The notes under the pieces were generated by a model, which saw nothing but the letters and a program-made list of their open reading frames with translations, did not search any database and was not told the DNA's origin. A stretch of DNA of 32,000 bases from Candidatus Electrothrix yaqonensis (GTDB lineage Bacteria; Desulfobacterota; Desulfobulbia; Desulfobulbales; Desulfobulbaceae), in contig CP178758.1 in assembly GCA_047651235.1 (NCBI GenBank), positions 1,350,001-1,382,000 on the forward strand, in the 5' to 3' direction. The position numbers were made by a program, and so were the translations under genes. This document shows positions 9,301 to 17,921 of the stretch, piece after piece (position 1 is the stretch's first letter; each line of letters starts with the position of its first letter).

Positions 9301-9994
9301 CGCAGATGATATCCAACAGGAAAAGCTTCAGCAGGAACAGGATGCCCTGACCAATGAACAGAACCATATTCTTCAAGAGATCGGTTCTCTCCAGCATCAG
9401 CTTCAACAGAACAAAGAGCAACGGAATCAACAGCAGGAACTCCTGCATAGCTTGGAAGCGCAGAAAAGAGAATGCCTGCGCTGGAAAGAGCTGCACGACC
9501 TGATCGGATCGGCAGACGGCAAGAAATATCGTAACTTTGCCCAGGGACTCACCTTTGAGCTCATGGTTGCCCGTGCCAATGAGCAGCTGGCCCGGATGAC
9601 CGATCGCTACCTGCTGGTCCGGGATCAGGCCCAGCCCCTGGAACTCAACGTGATCGACTCCTGGCAGGCCGGAGAGATCCGCTCCACCAAGAACCTGTCC
9701 GGCGGCGAGAGCTTTGTGGTCAGTCTGGCCTTGGCCCTGGGGCTTTCCGAAATGGTGGGCGGCAATGTGCGGGTGGACTCCCTCTTTCTTGACGAGGGCT
9801 TTGGTGCCTTGGACGATGATGCCCTGGAAACCGCCTTGGAAACCCTGGCCGGGCTGCAGCGGGAGGGCAAACTGATCGGCGTGATTTCCCATGTCGCGGC
9901 CCTCAAGGAACGGATTGCCTGTCAGCTGGAGGTTATTCCGGGGACAGGCGGGCAGAGTGTTGTGCAGGGAGCCGGGGTGAGGAGGGTGGAATGA
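6314..9994 (+). CDS. sbcC: Exonuclease SbcCD, ATPase subunit C (Rad50-like)
   Basis: Walker A GPTGSGKTT. Very long Q/E/K coiled coil with a central CPLC zinc hook (about nt 8111-8122). C-terminal LSGGESFVVSLALAL signature, Walker B LFLDEGFGALD and ISHV. 1226 aa. Confidence 0.9.
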   Translation: MRILRLRLHNLNSLSGKWELDFTDPSFVSNGIFAITGPTGSGKTTILDAVCLALYGSTPRLGKVTGSNNEIMSRRCGECSAEVEFATVRGRYRCFWFQHRSRKKTDGNLQPPKREFSEVKTGKILASKSDEVARLVEEYTGMDFDRFTRSMLLAQGGFAAFLQAGQDDRAPILEQITGSGVYSEISKRVHVRFTAEKAAQTTLEEKVAAMQLLSLSREKELQQDVARLQTAQAESERTIRNNEALLVQLEKIAELQQDITVISKEQSSLLQEEKNFAEDAERLALAEQARVLEGEYTELRLLRDSQQKNIAALAAARLSLPKKETAVKEAEQHLNSSKDALEESRAAQEKGTAIIREVRELDLRINDTTATLDRDRKKQTALKEQQQQDQEQYTQLEQQKNKAAARLQKINRYLSEHRIDEQLNTELAALCLRLEQFGSSADTLKNLHLKRDKADKERGKTEQTWQKQQQAYLTAEKLLNDIGQQRVAIQDEQTALLNGRSIAEIRRDLRLLTDQCALLRQLLENARKQEKFVQDLRGFLSQQEELTAERDKQADEFALLQEEQKRTKEQAEALRIQVALCARIRDLEEERARLQAEHPCPLCGSLEHPYAEEENIPMLDAAEEKLQAALAAKDAADKKISDARVRRAQLEAKEQEMSRQLREKEDAVQELGEQQHTLYRELAGQTPVERNPVAIQQHLAAFQDRLAETQKQLDAAEQAEQKLDKFSHALDKQKDAVFQADRKQEAARNAREKAEQELQRLEQESKEAEEMLAAKQCIALEKLAVYSITGLSVNNPEKIITELTARRDQWLDKKKKKEAAVQKIASLDTAGRELQVAMDTRQSQMEEMEAALTDKRREQQNLVEQRVQLFAEKDPDLIEKQLAQAVKQAETDLQKSRKKYNQLLTDRALARADLRTQEDDVTKVRKEREQVEALFIQRLQEKSFTDEKAWCAARLAEEQRIALKKQADALRDRKIRLDTHLHSKETELAAAQEALSADDIQQEKLQQEQDALTNEQNHILQEIGSLQHQLQQNKEQRNQQQELLHSLEAQKRECLRWKELHDLIGSADGKKYRNFAQGLTFELMVARANEQLARMTDRYLLVRDQAQPLELNVIDSWQAGEIRSTKNLSGGESFVVSLALALGLSEMVGGNVRVDSLFLDEGFGALDDDALETALETLAGLQREGKLIGVISHVAALKERIACQLEVIPGTGGQSVVQGAGVRRVE

Positions 9995-10272
9995 GTTCGG
10001 CTTATGGCACAGAGTAACGGAATAAATATTTTTCCTAACAAAACAAGGAGACTGGTTTACGTTTTCGACCCAATATGGTTCGAATAGTCCTGTTTAAAAT
10101 AAACATTTAATTTAGTTCTATTTTTTTCAAAAAAAAACACTTCGCAGCTGAGGTTACGCAGCCGAAACGCAAAATCGGCAGATTCTACGTTCTGGGTGTC
10201 TCGTAACTTACTGATTTTTTATTTACGTGCGTAACATCAGTGGGTAGGTACGAGGGATGTGAAATATGGGCT

Positions 10273-10920
10273 TTATCCGATGGAGACTGAGTTGAAACCG
10301 GGCAGTTTGACCGCTTTATAATTATATACCTTTATCTGATAATACAAAGACTTGTAAATGGATTTTCTGATCAGATCCGCCGGGGAAAGTTCGCTTATGT
10401 TCTCGCTCACAGGAAGGATTCCTGCATGCTTAAATGCTGCACCAACCAATTCCGAGCAAAATAATTCTGAGGCATCCTCTTTGTTTCTGGTTATGGAACA
10501 AAATTTGTCCAGCAGATCAAATCCGGCCTTCTTTATATCCTCATAATCATATCCCTTGCCGACCTGCTCCAGAATGAAATCATACAGTTTCGGTTCATCT
10601 ATTTTACTTCTGACGTTATCAGACAGCCGTGCAATCCAGATATCTCCTTTGTAAAAGGGAATGGAATTTGAAAAATTATTGATTATTACCCCTTCTCTTT
10701 CTGGGTACATATCTCCCTATGATGCTTCCACAAAATTAATTCTGTCATCTTTTCTGATAATCAGAGCAATATGTGAAGCAGGAAAGCGGGTAACAAGACG
10801 AATTAATTTTGAAAGCCTGTATTGGCCTCCAAAAATCACTACATCTCCGGTCTGCAGTTCGTTCCGTATATTCTGGTAATTGATGGCAAGCGGAAATTTT
10901 TTTTCCTGATCCCGTATCAT
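10273..10920 (-). pseudogene. Permuted papain-like amidase (YiiX/YaeF, peptidase C92 family) with one in-frame TAG
   Basis: Track ORFs 10717..10920 and 10273..10710 are in the same frame, separated only by TAG (plus-strand cta at 10717-10719). The joined product carries LQTGDVVIF...SHIALI...FVEAS*GD...GKGYDY...FCSELV, matching the E. coli YiiX pattern (QTGDIIF, SHTGML, FEA, YDF, YCSELV). Confidence 0.65.
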
Positions 10921-11062
10921 GTTTTCTCCTCTGAATTCATATAATAAGTGTTTATTCTCTCGTGATTTTCACAGGTGCCTGATACAAAAACATCTTTGAG
11001 CAAAGGAGAACTCAGGTGTATTCTGAAGAAAATAGGTACCAAGATATTTCCGGAGGTTACAA

Positions 11063-11345
11063 ATGAGCTGCAACCACCTGAGTTCCGCTAAAAGATACTA
11101 TATCGAAATTGAGCTGAAAAAGAAAGTTTCGAATAAGCAGGCAGATCGTTTCGCCCGTGAACGGCATACTGACGAAGTAAAAGGCGGATAGAATAATCAA
11201 CAAAATAAGATATATAGTTTCGGTATATCTTCAAGGCGACTTGAATCCTGAACAGATTGCCAGCCGTCTGCGTGAAGAAGACGTGGTGTCCCTTCATCAT
11301 GAAACCATATATCAGGATATTCTGACCGACAAAGATCACTTGAAT
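11063..11345 (+). mobile_element. IS30-family transposase N-terminal remnant (frameshifted and truncated)
   Basis: MSCNHLSSAKRYYIEIELKKKVSNKQADRFARERHT (11063-11191, ends at TAG) resembles the IS30 N-terminal HTH (HLs..eR..Ie..lk.g.s...IA..lgR..sTI). A second frame gives LQGDLNPEQIASRLREEDVVSLHHETIYQDILTD, the IS30 'SPEQIagRL...vSHETIYryIy' block. There is no DDE domain and I found no inverted repeats. Confidence 0.5.
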
Positions 11346-11533
11346 GTCAGTCTGCTCTGATTTTTCCCCGCTTTATATCTTTATCCCTGTTGGCAAAAAC
11401 TCTATCATGTGATATTCTTGTTCTTGATAGCGTTCAGATTTTTTTCTGAACGGAACCGAATAGTATTTTCCAGCTGTCTGTGTTGCAGTAATGTTTTTTC
11501 TTTTCAAAATGTTACTGCCCGGGTTTTTCGGAG

Positions 11534-13666
11534 TTGATGATGCGTATCCAGCGATTGTTATTCAGTGTCCTGTTTGTCTTTCTGTTGTCCGGTTCATTCG
11601 TGTACGGTAAGGCGATGCCAGTGGAGTTTGATCTCGACCGGAATCGTCTTATCGCAGCTATGCTCAGAAGTCAGCTTTCTGTACAGCATTTTGCTCATCA
11701 TCCTTTTGACGAGGAAATGTCGAAAAAGGCGTATGATCTCTATCTGCGGCAGCTGGATCCGAAAAGACAGTTTCTTCTGGCAGAAGATATCCGGTATCTT
11801 GATCAGTTTGCCGACAAGATTGATGATGAAATCCAAAGTGGTCAGATCGTGCTGCCGGATGCCGGAATGAAGCTGCTCAACAAACGGGCTGACGAGGTGG
11901 CCGGGGTTGTGAAGAACATTATGGATACCGGTTTTTCTCCTCAGCGGAAAGATTATCTGGAGACAGATCCGGACAAACTGACTGCTCCTGCGGATTTTAC
12001 GGAACTGCAGGACCGCTGGCGGCGTTCTCTGAAACTGGAGGTGCTTGACAGCTATCTGGATGAGGTGGAAAAAGAAAATAAGAAACGGGAAGAGGCAAAG
12101 AAACCGCAGCTGGAGGTTGAAGGCGGGAAAATAGATGAAAAATTGTGGGCCTCTGCGATGAAAGAGGTCGGGAAAAAAACAGAGAATTACCTGAACAGGC
12201 TGCAGCGGGTTACCCGGCAGGAACATTATAATCGCTATTTTGATGCGGTTGCCCGGGCCTTTGATCCCCACACTACGTATATGCCCCCGACTTCAAAGGA
12301 AGATTTTGATATTCATATGACCGGCAAACTTGAAGGAATCGGTGCGCTGCTGCGGGAGGATGACGGGCATATCAAGGTGGTGCGGATTATTCCGGGCAGT
12401 GCGGCAGAGGCCCAGGGCCAGCTGCGGGCTGAAGATATCATCATGGCGGTTTCCGAGAAGGACGGTGAACCGGTTGATATCTCCTCTATGAGTATTCGTG
12501 AAGCAGTTTCGTATATCCGCGGCGAGAAAGGAACAGAGGTCCGCCTGACAGTGATCCGACCCGACGGCAGACGATTGGTTATTCCTATTATTCGTGCTGT
12601 GGTCCAGCTTGAGGAAACCTATGTCAAATCAACTGTTATCAAGGACGAACACGGGGATAAAATAGGGTACATGAAAATACCCAGTTTTTATCGCGATTTT
12701 TCTGCTGGCAAGGACGGACGCAAGGCGCGCAATGTCACTAATGACACCCGCAACGAACTGAACAGGTTGAAGAAAGAGGGAATTGATGGCCTTGTCCTTG
12801 ATCTGCGCAACAACGGAGGAGGATCTCTTTCCGATGCCATCAGCGTGTCCGGCCTGTTTCTGCCCGGCGGCCCTGTGGTCCAGGTGAAAAATTCCCAGGG
12901 CATGATCCGGGTGCTGGACGATGACTCCGGGGTTGTGTATGACGGCCCGATGATCGTGCTGATCAACCAGTTTGCTGCTTCTGCTTCCGAAATTTTTGCC
13001 GCTGCCATGCAGGATTACGGCAGAGCCGTGGTTGTCGGCGGTGCCCATACCCACGGTAAGGGAACCGTCCAGGCCCTGCTGGATATGAATCGGAATCTTC
13101 CCCTGCTGCATTTAAAAAAATATGATGACCTTGGGGCGTTGAAGGTTACGATCCAGAAATTCTACCGGGTCAGCGGCGGGTCCACCCAGTATAAAGGGGT
13201 TGTTCCGGATGTGGTGCTGCCCAGCATGCTTGACTATCTTGAGACCGGAGAACAGTATATGGACAACTCGCTGCCCTGGGACAAAGTCGAGGCTGTTTCT
13301 CATCCGGTCTGGCATGGTTCCCGCTTTGATCTCAATGCGGTACAGAAGCGGAGCCGCAAATATGTTGCCGCCAGCAAACGTTTCCGGAAAGTCCTGGAAG
13401 AGAGCCTCAAGGCAAAAAAACGCAAAGAAGAGACACAGGTTCCTGTTTTCCTGGCCGGTGTTCTTAAAGAACGGAAAGAACTTGAGCAGGCCCGGAAAGA
13501 GGCTAAAGAGGCCGGTGTCCTCACGGAGGATGATGAAGATCAGCCTGATACAGAGAAAAAGAAGACCCTGGCAGAAAAAATTGCTGATGACCTGTATGTA
13601 GATTTAGCCCTGTTTCTGATGGACAGTTCCAGCACCGCAGCCCAGGTCAGGGCGGCTCAATTCTAA
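11534..13666 (+). CDS. prc: Tail-specific (C-terminal processing) protease, S41 family
   Basis: Signal peptide (LLFSVLFVFLLSGSFVYG). PDZ-like GIGALLREDDGHIKVVRIIPGSAAEAQG. S41 core LVLDLRNNGGGSL, SASASEIFAAAMQDYGRAVVVG, HGKGTVQ. About 710 aa. The start could be ATG 11537 or 11540 rather than TTG 11534. Confidence 0.85.
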   Translation: MMMRIQRLLFSVLFVFLLSGSFVYGKAMPVEFDLDRNRLIAAMLRSQLSVQHFAHHPFDEEMSKKAYDLYLRQLDPKRQFLLAEDIRYLDQFADKIDDEIQSGQIVLPDAGMKLLNKRADEVAGVVKNIMDTGFSPQRKDYLETDPDKLTAPADFTELQDRWRRSLKLEVLDSYLDEVEKENKKREEAKKPQLEVEGGKIDEKLWASAMKEVGKKTENYLNRLQRVTRQEHYNRYFDAVARAFDPHTTYMPPTSKEDFDIHMTGKLEGIGALLREDDGHIKVVRIIPGSAAEAQGQLRAEDIIMAVSEKDGEPVDISSMSIREAVSYIRGEKGTEVRLTVIRPDGRRLVIPIIRAVVQLEETYVKSTVIKDEHGDKIGYMKIPSFYRDFSAGKDGRKARNVTNDTRNELNRLKKEGIDGLVLDLRNNGGGSLSDAISVSGLFLPGGPVVQVKNSQGMIRVLDDDSGVVYDGPMIVLINQFAASASEIFAAAMQDYGRAVVVGGAHTHGKGTVQALLDMNRNLPLLHLKKYDDLGALKVTIQKFYRVSGGSTQYKGVVPDVVLPSMLDYLETGEQYMDNSLPWDKVEAVSHPVWHGSRFDLNAVQKRSRKYVAASKRFRKVLEESLKAKKRKEETQVPVFLAGVLKERKELEQARKEAKEAGVLTEDDEDQPDTEKKKTLAEKIADDLYVDLALFLMDSSSTAAQVRAAQF

Positions 13667-13742
13667 AAAGCAAAGAAATAACGGCCAGTTAGGGCTATCG
13701 ATCTCCTCCCCCCCATAGTTCATCGCTCAAGCTCAGCTCTCT

Positions 13743-13779
13743 CCGTCGGCAGCGTAATCCGCAGATTCGCTGCCGACGG
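13743..13779 (+). terminator. Strong stem-loop downstream of prc (12-bp perfect stem, 13-nt loop)
   Basis: CCGTCGGCAGCG (13743-13754) pairs with CGCTGCCGACGG (13768-13779). It is followed by AAATTTT only, so the U-tract is weak. Confidence 0.35.
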
Positions 13780-14139
13780 AAATTTTCCCGACACGCACAG
13801 GGGTGCTTCTCCGCCTCTCCCTTCCAGACCCTGCAGAACCTCACGCCGATTCTTATCCCCCCCTGTTTGAGCTGTTTTGCCAGTATTGATTTTGTGCAGA
13901 CACAAAGTTGAATACGCCTGCTGTCTGAGTAGAATTTTTTTAACCTGCATGGCGATAAAAGTATCGTACTGACTGTCCTTTGTTTTTTATGCGGAAAAAT
14001 ACTCCGGGGTATGGGACGGCTGAAGGGTACGATAAATTTTTTCCTTGAAATCGATTTTCGATCATGCTAAAGCAAGTCACTCAAATAGAGTCCCATTTCC
14101 AATCCTCCGTGCTGCTGAACTGAAATATATCTGAAATAT

Positions 14140-14694
14140 ATGAATGTATCCGAAGCCCTGAAAGACAACGAAGACAAAATTCTCCCGCTTTGGATAGAAA
14201 GAACCTTGGACTCTTATATCTCATCTGATTTTTTCAAACAGTCTCAGGATCAGTTTGCCAATCCGGTGGGTGCCAATATCCGGGCCGGGTTGACCCGGCT
14301 GTTCAGCCTGATCGTCTCCGGAGCAGAACCTGAAAAACTTGCAGAGCCGCTGGATCAGATCATTCGTATCCGGGCTGTCCAGGAATTTACCCCGGCCCGG
14401 GCAGTTGCACCGATTCTTGAACTGAAAGGGGTGGTCAGGCAGGTCTTCTCCGCAGATACCCAATACAGAGGTCTGCTGCCCCGACTGACAGCCTTTGACT
14501 GCGATGTGGACCGGGTTGTTCTGAAGGCCTTTGATCTGTACATGGAATGCCGCGACCGGCTGCATAAGGCCAGAATTAGGGAGTTGAAAAGCGGCAGCTA
14601 CATTCTGACGGATGCAACCTGCGCTTCTGCACTGATCCGGGATAATCTGCGTGAAACAGCACCGAACGGGAACTGCGCTGCGGATAAAGCATAA
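14140..14694 (+). CDS. RsbRD N-terminal domain-type protein (184 aa)
   Basis: The N-terminal pattern (ILPLWIERTLDSY...DQFANPVG...L..LF..I...) matches what I recall of the RsbRD_N family, often found beside heterodisulfide-reductase-like genes in sulfate reducers. TAA stop. No obvious SD. Confidence 0.55.
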   Translation: MNVSEALKDNEDKILPLWIERTLDSYISSDFFKQSQDQFANPVGANIRAGLTRLFSLIVSGAEPEKLAEPLDQIIRIRAVQEFTPARAVAPILELKGVVRQVFSADTQYRGLLPRLTAFDCDVDRVVLKAFDLYMECRDRLHKARIRELKSGSYILTDATCASALIRDNLRETAPNGNCAADKA

Positions 14695-14751
14695 CTATAA
14701 ATGATGCTTTAAGATATTTTTCTTTTTTAACCTGAAGAGAAGGAGCGTTCA

Positions 14752-15807
14752 ATGAAATACCTTTTCCCCTTGGTTGCGGTCATCGCTTTGGCGTTGATTG
14801 CGTGGATAGGGTCTATGGTCCCCGGCCTGCAATTCCTGTTCGGTGTTGTTGTGCCCTATGCGGCCCTGATTTTATTTGTCGGCGGCTTCTGCTGGCGGGT
14901 TCTGTACTGGGCCAAATCGCCGGTGCCGTTCAGAATCCCCACCACCTGCGGCCAGGGGTACTCCATATCCCTACCCGGAGTGAAGCAGAACAAGCTGGAG
15001 GCCCCGGTAAACACAAAGGAAGTGCTTGGCCGGATGTTTTTGGAGATTGTCTTTTTCCGCTCCCTCTGGCGCAACACCAGAGCCAGCATCAAGCCCGGTC
15101 CGGTGTTGAACTACAAATCAAGCAAATGGCTCTGGCTCTTCGGCATTCTCTTTCATTACAGCATGTTGCTGATCCTGCTCCGGCACCTGCGTCTTTTTCT
15201 GGAGCCGGTACCATTCCTGATCAGCGGGCTGGATGCACTGGACGGCATAGCTCTTCAGCCCACCCCGGAACTTTCGCTCTATGTTACTGACGCACTGATC
15301 CTTCTCGGCCTGCTGGCCCTGTTGTTCCGGCGCTTTCTCCTCCGTCCGGTGCGCTATATTTCCTTGGCCAACGACTACTTCCCGCTCTTTCTCCTGATCG
15401 GTATTGCAGGCACCGGCATTCTGATGCGCTACTTCCTGCGCAGCGGTGTGGATATCATCGCCATCAAGCAGCTCGCGGTCGGCCTGACCACCTTTAAGCC
15501 GGTTGTCCCCGCTCACATCGGCTCGATTTTCTACATACATCTGTTTCTGGTTTCCTGTCTGCTGGCCTATTTCCCCTTTTCCAAACTGATGCATATGGGC
15601 GGGGTTTTTCTCAGCCCGACCAGAAATCTGGCCAATGACAGCAGGATGAGACGTCATATCAATCCCTGGAACCCGGAGATCAAACCGCATTCCTATGCGG
15701 CCTATGAGGATGAATTCCGCGAGGATATGGTGGAACAGGGAATCCCGGTTGAAAAGGAACTGCCTGAGAAGGCTGATGAGACGACGACTAACTTAGATAA
15801 GGATTGA
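14752..15807 (+). CDS. dsrM: DsrM-like integral-membrane heme-b subunit (NarI/HdrE-like)
   Basis: 351 aa with multiple hydrophobic helices and conserved His in the helices. Strong SD (GAAGGAG). It sits directly upstream of, and 3 nt from, the DsrK-like gene. Confidence 0.7.
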   Translation: MKYLFPLVAVIALALIAWIGSMVPGLQFLFGVVVPYAALILFVGGFCWRVLYWAKSPVPFRIPTTCGQGYSISLPGVKQNKLEAPVNTKEVLGRMFLEIVFFRSLWRNTRASIKPGPVLNYKSSKWLWLFGILFHYSMLLILLRHLRLFLEPVPFLISGLDALDGIALQPTPELSLYVTDALILLGLLALLFRRFLLRPVRYISLANDYFPLFLLIGIAGTGILMRYFLRSGVDIIAIKQLAVGLTTFKPVVPAHIGSIFYIHLFLVSCLLAYFPFSKLMHMGGVFLSPTRNLANDSRMRRHINPWNPEIKPHSYAAYEDEFREDMVEQGIPVEKELPEKADETTTNLDKD

Positions 15808-15810
15808 ACA

Positions 15811-17442
15811 ATGGCAGTCATAACAAAAGATGAGTTGTCAAAGAATGTGGCCGAAGAGCGTTCGATGATGACCGGTTCTGCTCCGGAAAAGGGGTGGATG
15901 GATACGCCGGTACAGTTCAAGCCGGGAAACTACGCTTATCCGACTAAAGCGGAAAAGCTCGAATACCTGGACAGTCAGCAGGGGGTCAGTTTTCCTAATG
16001 CCCGCGTCTGGAATCCTGAAGACGATAACTGGAAGCTGCCGGATAACTGGCGGGAAATCATCATTAAAGGGCTGGCGGATCGTCTTGACCGGTTCCGCTC
16101 GCTGAAGATTTTTATGGACTGCTGCGTGCGCTGTGGCGCCTGCGCAGACAAATGCCATTTTTTCCTCGGCACCGGCGATCCCAAAAATATGCCGGTCCTG
16201 CGGGCCGAGCTCCTCCGCTCGGTGTACCGCAAGGAATTCACCCTGGCCGGTAAGCTGCTCGGCAAAATGGCAGGCGGTCGCGACATGACCGCCGGGGTCC
16301 TGAAAGAGTGGTTTATGTACGCCTACCAGTGCACGGAGTGTCGCCGCTGTTCTGTTTTCTGCCCGTACGGTATTGACACTGCCGAGATTACCATGATGCT
16401 GCGCGAGCTGCTGCACATGGTCGGCTGCGGCATCAACTGGGCTATGGAGCCGGTTTCCAACTCCAACCGTACCGGCAACCACATGGGCCTGACTCCCCAG
16501 GCGTTTAAAGGCAATGTCGATTTTCTCTGCGAAGATGTTGAGAATCTGACCGGGGTCAAGGTGAATCCGACCTTTAACCGCAAGGGCGCCGAGGTTCTGT
16601 TCATCACCCCCTCTGCAGACGTGTTCGCCGAGCCGGGCCTGTTCACCTGCATGGGCTATCTGCTCCTGTTTGAGGCCATCGGGCTGGATTATACCTGGTC
16701 CACCTATGCCTCCGAAGGCGGCAATTTCGGTCTGTTCACCTCCAACGAGATGATGAAAAAACTCAACGCCAAGATGTACGCTGAAGCCGAGCGTCTGGGC
16801 GTGAAGTGGATTCTCGGCGGCGAGTGCGGCCATATGTGGCGGGTGATCCATCAGTACATGGATACCATGAACGGCCCGGCTGATTTTTTGGAAGTTCCCA
16901 AATCACCGGTCACCGGAACGGTCTTTGAAAATGCGGCTTCCACCAAAATGGTGCATATCAGCGAGTTCACCGCTGACCTGATCAAGCACGGCAAAATCAA
17001 ATTTGACAAGAGCCGTAACGCTCACGTCAAGGCCACCTTCCATGATTCCTGTAATCCTGCCCGGGCTATGGGAATGCTTGAGGAACCGCGCTACATCCTT
17101 GACCATGTGCTGGAAGAATGGCATGAAATGCCTGCAAACACCATCCGAGAAAAGACCTTCTGCTGCGGTTCCGGTACAGCTCTGAACACGGACGAAATCA
17201 TGGAGCTGCGGATGCGGTCCGGTCTGCCCCGTGCCAACGCGGTCAAGCATGTTTACGACAAACACGGCATCAACACCTTGGCCTGTGTCTGCGCCATTGA
17301 CCGGGCCACCCTGAGCACGCTGATGGACTACTGGGTGCCGGAAGTGACCGTTGCCGGTGTGAGCGAGCTGGTCGGCAATGCGCTGGTCATTGAAGGTGAA
17401 AACAGACAGGAACTTGACGAGGGTCTGCGGACTCTGGTATAA
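15811..17442 (+). CDS. dsrK: DsrK-like cytoplasmic Fe-S subunit (HdrD family, CCG domain)
   Basis: Two ferredoxin-type clusters (CVRCGACADKC, CTECRRCSVFC) and a C-terminal CCG-domain signature (FHDSCNP...FCCGSG). At 543 aa the size fits DsrK. Confidence 0.75.
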   Translation: MAVITKDELSKNVAEERSMMTGSAPEKGWMDTPVQFKPGNYAYPTKAEKLEYLDSQQGVSFPNARVWNPEDDNWKLPDNWREIIIKGLADRLDRFRSLKIFMDCCVRCGACADKCHFFLGTGDPKNMPVLRAELLRSVYRKEFTLAGKLLGKMAGGRDMTAGVLKEWFMYAYQCTECRRCSVFCPYGIDTAEITMMLRELLHMVGCGINWAMEPVSNSNRTGNHMGLTPQAFKGNVDFLCEDVENLTGVKVNPTFNRKGAEVLFITPSADVFAEPGLFTCMGYLLLFEAIGLDYTWSTYASEGGNFGLFTSNEMMKKLNAKMYAEAERLGVKWILGGECGHMWRVIHQYMDTMNGPADFLEVPKSPVTGTVFENAASTKMVHISEFTADLIKHGKIKFDKSRNAHVKATFHDSCNPARAMGMLEEPRYILDHVLEEWHEMPANTIREKTFCCGSGTALNTDEIMELRMRSGLPRANAVKHVYDKHGINTLACVCAIDRATLSTLMDYWVPEVTVAGVSELVGNALVIEGENRQELDEGLRTLV

Positions 17443-17469
17443 CTGCCCGACAGGAGCGGAGGATTAACT

Positions 17470-17853
17470 ATGTACGATAGCTTCAAAATCATACCGGGAC
17501 TGTTGATTTTTGTTCTGCTGATCACCTTTCCGATCTGGTATAATAATCTTATTGGCGATGTTGGTGCTGCACCGGCCAAGGATCCTAATCTGGCCCCTGA
17601 GATGCTCGAATATGCTAACTTTCCGAACAATCAAAAACATCCGCCTGCGGAGGAGATGCGCGCCACGCACATGGAGCTGCTCAAAGGCTTTCATGTCAAT
17701 GCCACTGCAAAGCTGGCTGAACAGAAAGACGGAAAAATGCCGACTATGGGCTGCATGGGGTGCCACGGCAGCAAGGAAAAATTCTGCGACAGCTGCCATG
17801 CCTACGCAGCGGTAACGACACCGGACTGCTGGACCTGTCATACCAAGCCATAA
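17470..17853 (+). CDS. dsrJ: DsrJ-like membrane-anchored triheme cytochrome c
   Basis: N-terminal anchor MYDSFKIIPGLLIFVLLITFPIWYN. An EEMRATHMELL block. Three CxxCH motifs clustered at the C-terminus (CMGCH, CDSCH, CWTCH). 127 aa. SD GGAGCGGAGG. Confidence 0.65.
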   Translation: MYDSFKIIPGLLIFVLLITFPIWYNNLIGDVGAAPAKDPNLAPEMLEYANFPNNQKHPPAEEMRATHMELLKGFHVNATAKLAEQKDGKMPTMGCMGCHGSKEKFCDSCHAYAAVTTPDCWTCHTKP

Positions 17854-17921
17854 TACGCAATACGCACGGTAACAACCGGTTCAGGGAAATTTCAGTTTTT
17901 CCTGAACCCGACTTGTGTTGC

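Noticed and set aside
10077-10090. GGTTCGAATAGTCC, resembling a tRNA T-loop (possible tRNA or att-site remnant at the islet border)
   Set aside because: The flanking bases do not form a T-stem or acceptor stem, and no cloverleaf can be drawn. The similarity is limited to the TTCGAAT heptamer.
13720-13950. 76-aa minus-strand ORF in the prc-RsbRD_N intergenic region
   Set aside because: The translation is low-complexity and it spans the terminator-like hairpin. There is no SD and no family resemblance.
15838-16851. 337-aa minus-strand ORF, plus similar long antisense ORFs at 21139..21924, 22485..23306, 25490..26413, 9254..9892 and 4980..5588
   Set aside because: All lie fully antisense to genes with strong family motifs (dsrK, the GT gene, coaX, pgi, sbcC, sbcD). 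Their low-complexity Gly/Arg/Pro-rich translations are typical of GC-rich shadow frames.
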